In this document: positions 44,394-51,949 of the stretch, one piece after another
Position numbering within the stretch: the first letter of the stretch is position 1
Layout of the letters: each line of letters starts with the position of its first letter
Assembly (NCBI GenBank): GCA_045535275.1
Contig: JAZSLH010000049.1
Span: forward strand, 1-51,949
Length of the DNA: 51,949 nucleotides
Source: Acutalibacteraceae bacterium
GTDB taxonomy: Bacteria > Bacillota > Clostridia > Oscillospirales > Acutalibacteraceae
Direction: 5' to 3'
The notes under the pieces: model-generated
Database searches by the model: none
Seen by the model: only the letters and a program-made list of their open reading frames with translations
What the model was told of the DNA's origin: nothing
Position numbers and translations under genes: made by a program

Positions 44394-45217
44394 ATTACAC
44401 CGAACTTAATGAAAATATTTGAAAGGATAACGCCAACAAAGAAAAGGAAAGTAACTGAAAAGGCTAAAACATCACGCAAGGATATGTGGAGTTGTTTCAT
44501 ACGAACTCTTCCCTTTCCCCCGTTATAACAGCGACATTCCATGGCTTCTGCAAGTTCATATGCACGGCGAACAGCAGAAATGAGCAAAGGAATAATAATA
44601 GGAAGCAATGCCTTAACCTTTTTTACAAGACCTCCGCTTTCAATATCCGCACCTCTTGCCTTTTGTGCATTCATAATCTTATTTGTTTCTTCGATAAGTG
44701 TGGGAATAAAGCGAAGTGCAATTGTCATCATCATTGACATTGTATGAACCGCTTGGCCAAGTCCTATAAATTTAAGAGGTTTTAAGAGTCGTTCAATTGA
44801 GTCGGTAAGGTCATTTGGGGTTGTGGTATAGGTAAGTGCTGAACTGATTATGATGAGTAAAATTACTCTGACAGCCATAAAAATTGCCCTTAAAACACCA
44901 CCAAGATAAATATTTATTTTCCAATAACTAAAGAGGAGCAAAGTATCAGGGTCGCCATAGAAAACATTAAGAATTGCAGTAAAAATTATAATTGGAATGA
45001 CAACCTTTAGGTTCTTAAGATACATTCTCACAGGTACTCCCGAAAAAAGCATTAGAACCATCACAAATAAAACTACAAAGCAAAGACTTGCAAAATTATT
45101 TGCAATAAAACATAATGCGATAAGCAAAATAAGCAGTAATATTTTCGCTCTAGGGTCGAGTTTATGAATGTATGATTTTGCATTAAAATATTGTCCGAAG
45201 GTTATGTCTTTAATCAT
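44390..45217 (-). CDS. ecfT: ECF transporter transmembrane component EcfT
   Basis: CbiQ-family polytopic protein with an AQKARGAD coupling helix. ecfA1-ecfA2-ecfT-truA order. Confidence 0.85.
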   Translation of the reverse strand: MIKDITFGQYFNAKSYIHKLDPRAKILLLILLIALCFIANNFASLCFVVLFVMVLMLFSGVPVRMYLKNLKVVIPIIIFTAILNVFYGDPDTLLLFSYWKINIYLGGVLRAIFMAVRVILLIIISSALTYTTTPNDLTDSIERLLKPLKFIGLGQAVHTMSMMMTIALRFIPTLIEETNKIMNAQKARGADIESGGLVKKVKALLPIIIPLLISAVRRAYELAEAMECRCYNGGKGRVRMKQLHISLRDVLAFSVTFLFFVGVILSNIFIKFGVI

Positions 45218-46080
45218 TAGACCTGCCCCCCGTTTTCAAGATAGTCGTTAATTGCCATAACCGCTTCATCAACCGTAAGCGGAGAGGCAGTCAAATCAGG
45301 GTAAGTCTTTTTAAGTTCAAAGAAGACCTCCGAAACCATCGGCACTCCAAGTCCAAGTGTTTTAAGTTCCTGTAACCTTGAAAAAATATCCCTTGTACTT
45401 GAGAACATCGCGATTTCGCCTTTGTTCATAACAAGAACTTTATCTGAAACAGTGGCAATATCCTCCATAGAGTGCGATACTATAATTACCGTAGCGTTGT
45501 ACTTTTGCTTATAATCTGAAATCGCCTTAAAAATTGTTTCTCTTCCGATGGGGTCAAGCCCTGCCGTAGGTTCGTCCAGAACTAACAGTTCAGGTCGCAT
45601 TGCAAGTACACCCCCAATAGCAACCCGCCTTTTTTGGCCTCCTGAAAGGTCAAAGGGCGACTTTGAAAGCAGTTCTTTAGAAATTTGCATTAAGTCTGCA
45701 ATCTCTTTTACTGTATTAGTGAGTTCCTCCCCACAAATTCCAAGATTAGAAGGTCCAAAGGCAATATCTTTAAAAACGGTTTCTTCGAAAAGTTGGTATT
45801 CAGGATATTGAAAAACAAGTCCAACTTTACCACGAATTTTTTTAATCTCTTTAGGATTTTTCCAAATATCTTCGCCGCTTAGTAAGACTCTTCCTGAAGT
45901 AGGTTTAATAAGTCCGTTTAAGTGGTTAACTAAAGTTGATTTGCCCGAACCGGTATGTCCAATTATTCCGAGCGTTTCGCCCTTTTCAAGCGAAAAACTC
46001 AGATTATTTATAGCAACTTTATTTTCAGGTGAACCAACACCATATATATGTGTTAGGTTTTCAACGCATAGATAAGACAA
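45217..46080 (-). CDS. ecfA2: ECF transporter ATPase EcfA2
   Basis: GHTGSGKST, LSGGQKRRVAIGGVLA and LVLDEPTAGLD motifs. Start set to TTG 46080, 6 nt after GGAGGA. The ORF-track start at 46104 is probably an extension. Confidence 0.85.
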   Translation of the reverse strand: MSYLCVENLTHIYGVGSPENKVAINNLSFSLEKGETLGIIGHTGSGKSTLVNHLNGLIKPTSGRVLLSGEDIWKNPKEIKKIRGKVGLVFQYPEYQLFEETVFKDIAFGPSNLGICGEELTNTVKEIADLMQISKELLSKSPFDLSGGQKRRVAIGGVLAMRPELLVLDEPTAGLDPIGRETIFKAISDYKQKYNATVIIVSHSMEDIATVSDKVLVMNKGEIAMFSSTRDIFSRLQELKTLGLGVPMVSEVFFELKKTYPDLTASPLTVDEAVMAINDYLENGGQV

Positions 46081-46104
46081 TTTATTTCCTCCGGGAAATG
46101 CCAA

Positions 46105-46956
46105 TTATTTTATTTTGTTTTTTATTAACTTATCGAGTTGTTCAACACAAAGTTTTGTCGATATGGCAGAAGACGATATACTGTGACCCTGTTTTTTCAA
46201 AGAATCAAGTAGGTCGGTTGTTTGCGGAACATCTAGCCCAGCCTTGCGAATTTTTTCAACATTAGAAAAAACTTCAAGAGGTGTTGAGTCTGCGGTAATT
46301 ACCCCGTCTGACATTACTATTACCCTATCGGCAAACTCTGCTTCTTCCATAAAGTGAGTTATAAGAATAACGGTAATATTCTTTTCTTTATTAAGTTTAC
46401 GCACAGTATCAATAACTTCTTTTCTGCCAAGCGGGTCAAGCATTGCGGTTGGCTCGTCCAACACGATACATTCCGGCTCCATTGCAATAATCCCTGCAAT
46501 AGCAACACGCTGTTTCTGACCGCCGGAAAGTTTATGCGTAGGGTGTTCTCTGTGTTCATACATATTTACAGCCTTAAGGGCGTTGTCTACTCTTCTTCTG
46601 ATTTCTCTAGGCTCAAAACCGAGATTTTCAGGCCCGAAAGCAACGTCCTCCTCAACTACAGAAGAAACAAGTTGGTTATCAGGGTTTTGAAAAACGATAC
46701 CTACAGTTTTCTTAATCTCAAAATCATTTTTTTCGTCGGTTGTTAAAAGACCATTAACACTTACCGTACCCATGGCAGGTTTTATAAGTCCGTTAAGCAG
46801 TTTTGCAAGGGTGCTTTTACCCGAACCATTATGACCAAGAATTACGTTAAAGGTACCTCTTTGAAAAGAAAGATTAAAATTTTCAAGCACTTTAAAGCAG
46901 GTTTCGTCTGCCTCATAATCAAAGGATACATTATTCAGTTTAATAATTTCATCCAT
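46105..46956 (-). CDS. ecfA1: ECF transporter ATPase EcfA1
   Basis: GHNGSGKST, LSGGQKQRVAIAGIIA and IVLDEPTAMLD motifs. First of the two tandem ECF ATPase genes. Confidence 0.85.
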   Translation of the reverse strand: MDEIIKLNNVSFDYEADETCFKVLENFNLSFQRGTFNVILGHNGSGKSTLAKLLNGLIKPAMGTVSVNGLLTTDEKNDFEIKKTVGIVFQNPDNQLVSSVVEEDVAFGPENLGFEPREIRRRVDNALKAVNMYEHREHPTHKLSGGQKQRVAIAGIIAMEPECIVLDEPTAMLDPLGRKEVIDTVRKLNKEKNITVILITHFMEEAEFADRVIVMSDGVITADSTPLEVFSNVEKIRKAGLDVPQTTDLLDSLKKQGHSISSSAISTKLCVEQLDKLIKNKIK

Positions 46957-47827
46957 TTATATCACTACCAATCCATACGGTTGTGTTACCGCAGGGTAAA
47001 ATAATATTTTTATTAGTTACGTGCAGACCTATTTCCTCGGTAAAAACTGTTGATTTGTCTGAAGAATAAAAACAAGTCTTGACCATATAATTAAGAATTG
47101 TTGGAGAAATTCCTCCGGTATAAGTGTTAACAAGGACAAACAATGGGTTTTCAGAGAGCAATTTTGCCGTTTCGCCCAGCAACTCACCTATTTGGTTTTC
47201 AAGTTTCCAAACCTCTCCGTTAGGTCCTCTGCCATATGAAGGAGGGTCCATTATAATAGCGTCATATTTATTACCTCGCCGAATTTCTCTTTTAAGAAAC
47301 TTCATACAGTCATCAACAAGCCAACGAACAGGACAATCGGAAAGACCCGAAGCCACAGCGTTTTCTTTTGCCCATTGCACCATACCTCTAGAGGCATCTA
47401 CATGAGTAACTGAAGCACCCGCTTTAAGACAGGCAAGAGTCGCACCGCCCGTATAAGCAAACATATTAAGCACTTTTATCGGTCGGTTAGCCTCTCGGAT
47501 AAGTTTATCGGCGAGGGTCCAGTTTATTGCTTGTTCAGGGAAAAGGCCGGTATGCTTAAAACCCATAGGTTTTAAACGAAAAGTAAGACCATTATAACTA
47601 ATTGACCAAACATCAGGGACTTTTTTAAGAGTTTCCCAATATCCGCCGCCGTTGTTTGAACGATGATAAATCGCGTGAGCATTATACCAACGAGGGTCCT
47701 TCTTTTCGCCCTTCCAAATTATCTGTGGGTCGGGACGGATTAGTATAATATCTCCCCAACGTTCAAGACGTTCTCCATTTACAGCATCAATAAGTTCAAA
47801 GTCTTTAAAATTATTTGCGAATCTCAT
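46949..47827 (-). CDS. Class I SAM-dependent methyltransferase (RlmI/RlmK-like)
   Basis: VLNMFAYTGGATLA SAM motif I and IIMDPPSYGRG (DPP-type motif IV). Confidence 0.7.
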   Translation of the reverse strand: MRFANNFKDFELIDAVNGERLERWGDIILIRPDPQIIWKGEKKDPRWYNAHAIYHRSNNGGGYWETLKKVPDVWSISYNGLTFRLKPMGFKHTGLFPEQAINWTLADKLIREANRPIKVLNMFAYTGGATLACLKAGASVTHVDASRGMVQWAKENAVASGLSDCPVRWLVDDCMKFLKREIRRGNKYDAIIMDPPSYGRGPNGEVWKLENQIGELLGETAKLLSENPLFVLVNTYTGGISPTILNYMVKTCFYSSDKSTVFTEEIGLHVTNKNIILPCGNTTVWIGSDING

Positions 47828-47835
47828 TTGTCACC

Positions 47836-48870
47836 TTAAAAAATAGTTTTTTGAATTGGCTCACTATAGGGAATTTCAAGATGTTCATAGGCAAGTTTGG
47901 TTACACAGCGACCTCTTCCCGTTCTGGTTAAGAAGCCAATCTGCATAAGATAAGGCTCGTAAACATCTTCTATGGTAATGCTTTCTTCACCAACCGCTGC
48001 GGCAAGTGTGTCAAGTCCCACAGGGCCTCCACCGTAATTAGTAATAATTGTTTTTAGCATACGGCGGTCAAAATCATCAAGACCAAGTTCATCAATTTCA
48101 AAACGTTCAAGTGCAGCACAGGCAACCTCTTGGGTAATAACGCCGTTGAATTTAACCTCGCTAATATCACGGACACGCTTTAAAAGTCGGTTTGCGATTC
48201 TCGGCGTTCCTCTTGACCTTGAAGCAATTTCAAGCGCACCTTCGTGTTCTATTTCAACCCCCAGAATACCCGCACTTCTTTTAATAATTTGTGCAAGTTC
48301 TTCGGGTGTATATAGTTCAAGACGCAAAAGAACACCGAAGCGGTCTCGAAGAGGTGCGGTAAGTTGTCCTGAACGTGTTGTTGCACCAACCAAGGTAAAA
48401 TGAGGCACATCAAGTCGGATTGAACGGGCTGACGGTCCTTTGCCAATAATAATATCAAGCGAGAAGTCCTCCATTACGGGATAAAGAACCTCTTCAACTG
48501 AACGGGAAAGGCGATGAATTTCATCTATAAAAAGAACATCACCCTCTGATAGATTGGTTAAAATAGCGACTAAATCGCCCTGTTTTTCAATTGCAGGACC
48601 CGAGGTAATTCTTATATTAACTCCCATTTCACGAGCAATTATGTTTGATAGGGTTGTTTTTCCAAGACCGGGAGGTCCGTAAAGCAAAACGTGGTCAAGA
48701 GATTCTTTTCTTGACTTTGCCGCCTCAATATAAATTTCCAGATTTTCTTTTGTTTTTTCCTGACCTACATAATCTTTAAGAGTTTTAGGTCGAAGGGAAT
48801 TTTCCATATCGTCAGCATCAGAGGAAAATTCAGGTGCAACTATTCTGCTTTCAAAATCCATATCTTCCAT
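47836..48870 (-). CDS. ruvB: Holliday junction branch-migration ATPase RuvB
   Basis: [29 protein letters not shown] and TRSG motifs. ATG 48870 after GGTAGGTG is preferred to the GTG at 48879. Confidence 0.95.
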   Translation of the reverse strand: MEDMDFESRIVAPEFSSDADDMENSLRPKTLKDYVGQEKTKENLEIYIEAAKSRKESLDHVLLYGPPGLGKTTLSNIIAREMGVNIRITSGPAIEKQGDLVAILTNLSEGDVLFIDEIHRLSRSVEEVLYPVMEDFSLDIIIGKGPSARSIRLDVPHFTLVGATTRSGQLTAPLRDRFGVLLRLELYTPEELAQIIKRSAGILGVEIEHEGALEIASRSRGTPRIANRLLKRVRDISEVKFNGVITQEVACAALERFEIDELGLDDFDRRMLKTIITNYGGGPVGLDTLAAAVGEESITIEDVYEPYLMQIGFLTRTGRGRCVTKLAYEHLEIPYSEPIQKTIF

Positions 48871-48879
48871 TTTTAACAC

Positions 48880-49476
48880 CTACCTTGAAAGATTTTTAAG
48901 TCCGCCTTTAATAAGTTCATCGGTGGACAAAGTCTGGTCCAGTTTAGAAACTGCAGAAGTGGCTTCGCTTTGAGAAAAACCGAGAGCAACAAGTGCGGCA
49001 ATAGCCTCTGAACTGTTTGGAGTTTTTCCTGTGCTTTGAATGAGAATATTTTCATCAGAAAGAGTGACCGAACCTTTTGAGATTTTATCTTTAAGTTCAA
49101 GCACCATTCTTTGAGCAAGTTTAGGACCGATTCCGTTTGCTCTGGTTAGTGCCTTGGCGTCACCAGACAAAATGAAGAAAGAAATTTGGTCAGGGGTGAA
49201 TTCAGAAAGAAGCGCAATCGCCATTTTTGCACCAAGACCGTTAACCGAAGTAACAAGTTTAAAACACTCAAGTTCATCTGTGTTTAAAAAGGCATACATA
49301 TCAAGCGAATCTTCTCTGACAGCCAAAAAAGTATGAACAAATACATCTTTACCTACAGAATCAAGACCGGATATTGTTTTTAGTGAAGCCGAGCATTTAA
49401 AACCAACGCCGGAACATTCAACAATTATCGACTGATTGTCGGCATAAATCAGTTTACCGCGAAGCGAAGCAATCAT
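48880..49476 (-). CDS. ruvA: Holliday junction DNA-binding protein RuvA
   Basis: MIASLRGKL N-terminus, HhH motifs (VNGLGAKMA, ANGIGPKLAQR), and C-terminal domain III. Confidence 0.9.
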   Translation of the reverse strand: MIASLRGKLIYADNQSIIVECSGVGFKCSASLKTISGLDSVGKDVFVHTFLAVREDSLDMYAFLNTDELECFKLVTSVNGLGAKMAIALLSEFTPDQISFFILSGDAKALTRANGIGPKLAQRMVLELKDKISKGSVTLSDENILIQSTGKTPNSSEAIAALVALGFSQSEATSAVSKLDQTLSTDELIKGGLKNLSR

Positions 49477-49991
49477 TAAACTCTACCTCCTGAATTCAGT
49501 TTGCCGTATAACGAACCTGAAGAATGAGCATGACATACGGCAAGTGCAAGTGCGTCTGCAGTATCATCAGGCTTGGGAATTTTTTCAAGCCGAAGTATAT
49601 TTTTTATCATATCCATAACCTGTTTCTTTTCGGCTCTGCCATAACCTGTAACTGAAGATTTAACCTGAAGAGGCGTGTATTCAAAAACAGGTATATTATG
49701 TCGGGTTGCAGCAAGAAGAATTACTCCCCTTGCCTGAGCAACATCAATCGCAGTAGTCGTGTTGGTATTAAAGAAAAGTTTTTCAATAGAAACAGCATCA
49801 GGTTTGGTTTTTAGGATTATTTCACAGAATTCTTCATATATCTTATCAAGACGAGAGGTGAATCTGACACCAGAATCGGTAGTTACGGCTCCATATTCAA
49901 TCACATTAAAACGGTTTGCATTATATGAAACCACACCATAACCCACTATTGCATAACCGGGGTCAATTCCTAGAATTACCAATCGACACAC
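49476..49991 (-). CDS. ruvC: Crossover junction endodeoxyribonuclease RuvC
   Basis: ILGIDPGYAIVGYG and DTADALALAVCH catalytic motifs. The true start may be TTG 49982, 10 nt after GGAGG, rather than GTG 49991. Confidence 0.9.
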   Translation of the reverse strand: MCRLVILGIDPGYAIVGYGVVSYNANRFNVIEYGAVTTDSGVRFTSRLDKIYEEFCEIILKTKPDAVSIEKLFFNTNTTTAIDVAQARGVILLAATRHNIPVFEYTPLQVKSSVTGYGRAEKKQVMDMIKNILRLEKIPKPDDTADALALAVCHAHSSGSLYGKLNSGGRV

Positions 49992-50013
49992 TCCTCCAAT
50001 TTATATCTAATAT

Positions 50014-50042
50014 ATTATAACAAAACAATATGTATATTTCAA
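50014..50042 (-). promoter_or_regulatory. Candidate sigma-A promoter of ruvCAB
   Basis: Minus strand reads TTGAAA (50042-50037), 17 nt, TATAAT (50019-50014). Confidence 0.45.
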
Positions 50043-50125
50043 CTGCATTTTTATTTTTTAATTATATAAATGTATTTGTCGTATTTTGTAAATTTTGTTA
50101 TAATTTTCTGTCTTAATAAAAATAC

Positions 50126-50154
50126 TTGACAATTATTGCAGATAGTTATATATT
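50126..50154 (+). promoter_or_regulatory. Candidate sigma-A promoter of potABCD
   Basis: TTGACA (50126-50131), 17 nt, TATATT (50149-50154). A second extended -10 element, TGTTATAAT, lies about 50 nt upstream. Confidence 0.5.
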
Positions 50155-50160
50155 GATTTT

Positions 50161-50336
50161 ATTATTTACATATTCGCATCTGTGCAAAATGCAGATTCAA
50201 AGCGGCGGCTTTGTCTTTACTTAAGGCTTAAAATTCTTTGCGGAGAGCCGTCCTCAGAGAGTCTGCGGGTATCGTGCAGGATTATTAAAAAATAACTTGT
50301 GCGGCACTTGGTGTCCGCAAAGGAGGATGCGCTTAA
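50161..50336 (+). promoter_or_regulatory. Structured 5' leader of potA (unclassified candidate cis-regulatory RNA)
   Basis: Composition switches from AT-rich to GC-rich. Nested helices 50191-50198/50259-50266 and 50204-50212/50244-50252. An 11-bp pairing 50234-50244/50314-50324 overlaps the SD AAGGAGG (50320-50326). Confidence 0.4.
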
Positions 50337-51485
50337 ATGAAAAGCGAAAATATCATTGAACTAAAGAATATCTCTATTGCTTTCGGCAATCAAACCGTGC
50401 TTAACGGCATTAACTTAAGCATTAAATACGGTGAATTTGTTACTCTTCTCGGACCTTCGGGTTGCGGAAAGACAACTACTTTACGTATTATCGGCGGATT
50501 TGAAGAACCGGACAGTGGGGATATTTTGTTTGACGGAAAAAACATTAACGGCGTCCCCTCATACAAACGTCAGGTTAATACTATCTTTCAGAGATATGCT
50601 CTGTTTCCGCATTTGAATGTTTATGAAAACATTGCCTTCGGAATGAGGGTTAAAAGGGCTAAAGAGGCCGAAATTAAAGCAAAGGTTTCGCAAATGCTGA
50701 AACTAGTAAATCTTGAAGGACTTGAAAAAAGAAAGATTGATACCCTTTCGGGCGGTCAGCAGCAGCGTGTTGCCATTGCACGCGCTCTTGCAAACGAACC
50801 GCGTGTACTTCTTCTTGACGAACCCCTTGCGGCTCTCGATTTGAAACTAAGAAAAGATATGCAGGTTGAACTTAAAAACATACAGCAGTCTCTCGGAATT
50901 ACCTTCATTTTTGTTACTCACGACCAGGAAGAAGCCCTTACTATGTCCGACACAATCGTTGTAATGGACGAAGGTAAAATACAGCAAATTGGTACGCCTA
51001 AAGATATTTATAACGAACCGGAAAATGCATTTGTAGCAGATTTTATCGGCGAATCAAATATTCTTGACGGTATAATGAGAAAGGATTACCTTGCGGAATT
51101 TTCAGGCCATAAATTTGAGTGTCTGGATAAAGGTTTTGCTGAAAACGAGCCGGTCGATGTAGTAGTTCGCCCTGAAGATGTAGATATTGTAAAACCCGAA
51201 GATGGAATGCTGACCGGTGTTGTAACTTCAGTTTCGTTTCTTGGAGTTCACTACGAAATTATTGTTGATATAGGCGGATTCAAATGGATGATTCAGACAA
51301 CAGATGAGGCATTTGAAGGCGATACGGTCGGTCTTTATATTGAACCTGATGCAATTCATATTATGAAAAAATCACAATATTCTGGAAAATTCGGCGATTA
51401 CAGTACATACAGCGATGAAATTGAGCATCTAAGTGATGCCGAGCCCCAAGAGGAGACAGAAAATGAAAAAAACTTCGATTGGTAG
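50337..51485 (+). CDS. potA: Spermidine/putrescine ABC transporter ATP-binding protein PotA
   Basis: [24 protein letters not shown] and [11 protein letters not shown] motifs, plus a C-terminal TOBE-like regulatory domain. Followed by a PotB-like permease. Confidence 0.9.
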   Translation: MKSENIIELKNISIAFGNQTVLNGINLSIKYGEFVTLLGPSGCGKTTTLRIIGGFEEPDSGDILFDGKNINGVPSYKRQVNTIFQRYALFPHLNVYENIAFGMRVKRAKEAEIKAKVSQMLKLVNLEGLEKRKIDTLSGGQQQRVAIARALANEPRVLLLDEPLAALDLKLRKDMQVELKNIQQSLGITFIFVTHDQEEALTMSDTIVVMDEGKIQQIGTPKDIYNEPENAFVADFIGESNILDGIMRKDYLAEFSGHKFECLDKGFAENEPVDVVVRPEDVDIVKPEDGMLTGVVTSVSFLGVHYEIIVDIGGFKWMIQTTDEAFEGDTVGLYIEPDAIHIMKKSQYSGKFGDYSTYSDEIEHLSDAEPQEETENEKNFDW

Positions 51486-51949
51486 TCCGCATATCGCCAC
51501 GCCTTATGTGCTTTGGTCTGTAATATTCATCGTTGTTCCGCTAATAATGGTTGCTTATTATTCTTTTACCGACGCAAACGGAAGTTTTACTCTTGAAAAT
51601 ATTACAACTATTTTTCAGTTTAACTATTTAAGGATTTTTGGGGAGTCAATCCTTTACGCCTTTGTCGCAACGGTAATTACCCTAATAGTTGCTTATCCTT
51701 TGGCATACTTTATGACAAAGACAGCCTTAAGCACCCAGGCAACCCTTATGCTTCTTGTTATGCTTCCAATGTGGATGAATCTACTTATTCGCACATATTC
51801 CATATCAAACATACTCGAGAGAAACGGAATTATAAACACCGCGCTTGATATGCTCGGTTTTGAAAAAATTCAGTTAATCAACACACCGGGTGCGGTAATA
51901 TTGGGTATGGTTTATAATTTCATACCTTATATGATTCTGCCCATATATT
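51463..51949 (+). CDS. potB: Spermidine/putrescine ABC transporter permease PotB (5' part, truncated by the window end)
   Basis: ATG 51463 overlaps the potA 3' end. Translation [35 protein letters not shown]... is a polytopic PotB-type permease N-terminus. Confidence 0.85.
   Translation, partial: MKKTSIGSPHIATPYVLWSVIFIVVPLIMVAYYSFTDANGSFTLENITTIFQFNYLRIFGESILYAFVATVITLIVAYPLAYFMTKTALSTQATLMLLVMLPMWMNLLIRTYSISNILERNGIINTALDMLGFEKIQLINTPGAVILGMVYNFIPYMILPIY

Noticed and set aside
50176-50215. Resemblance of GTGCAAAAT...TTCAAAGCGG in the potA leader to the GCAAA/CGCAAAGC elements of c-di-GMP-I (GEMM) riboswitches. GGAGAG and CAGAGAG also loosely recall glycine and TPP motifs.
   Set aside because: Only 9 nt separate the two elements, so the obligatory P2 hairpin cannot exist. 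The other conserved cores (ACCGAAGG, CUGAGA...ACCUGA) are absent.
1-51949. Searched by eye for CRISPR-like regularly spaced repeats, IS or transposase ends, prophage genes, toxin-antitoxin pairs and known defence genes.
   Set aside because: I saw none. Non-coding gaps are short, with the largest at 345 nt, and every sizeable ORF except four or five has a housekeeping or sporulation assignment.

Overview
This 51.9-kb window is AT-rich and densely coding. It reads as core chromosome of an endospore-forming low-GC Firmicute with Clostridia-type gene order. About 50 of roughly 55 genes lie on the minus strand, so the window probably sits within one replichore.

In plus-strand coordinate order, the recognisable content is:
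- nadD (5' part), yhbY, rdgB, ftsY, smc, a radical-SAM gene, rnc and plsX
- trmFO, topA, dprA and a TrmH-family methyltransferase
- rplT, rpmI and infC, with an ATT start and an L20-leader-like attenuator
- mreB, comFC, recD2, cdaR and cdaA
- a class-V cysteine desulfurase with a DUF3343-like Se/S carrier, then a polar-amino-acid ABC transporter
- xerD, spoIIM, proC, an SDR (+ strand), mutS2 and recO
- a yqzL-like mini-gene, era, ybeY, phoH, yqfD and yqfC
- a ylbJ-like gene (+), a Cys4 mini-protein (+) and a membrane-anchored XRE regulator
- tRNA-Arg(TCT) and tRNA-Gly(TCC)
- a zinc-ribbon ClpE-like ATPase, pgsA, cvpA and a polybasic membrane-anchored protein
- truA, ecfT, ecfA2, ecfA1, a SAM methyltransferase and ruvBAC
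- potA and potB (+ strand, potB truncated at the window edge)

I saw no CRISPR array, transposase, integrase, phage block or recognisable defence island. I cannot support a clear novel multi-gene system here.

The best candidates for something undescribed are small:
1. A GC-enriched, helix-rich leader of about 175 nt upstream of potABCD, with an 11-bp anti-Shine-Dalgarno pairing. It matches no riboswitch consensus that I recognise.
2. Three perfect 10-13-bp inverted repeats placed exactly over promoter or translation-start signals (small-ORF/recD2 unit, spoIIM, tRNA-Gly).
3. Several uncharacterised proteins: a 110-aa membrane protein abutting recD2, a Cys4 mini-protein, an XRE-TM regulator and a polybasic-tail membrane protein.
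4. A strong intrinsic terminator wedged between the Se/S-carrier gene and the cysteine desulfurase.

All product calls rest on motif and family recognition by eye from the supplied translations. No database search or folding computation was possible.
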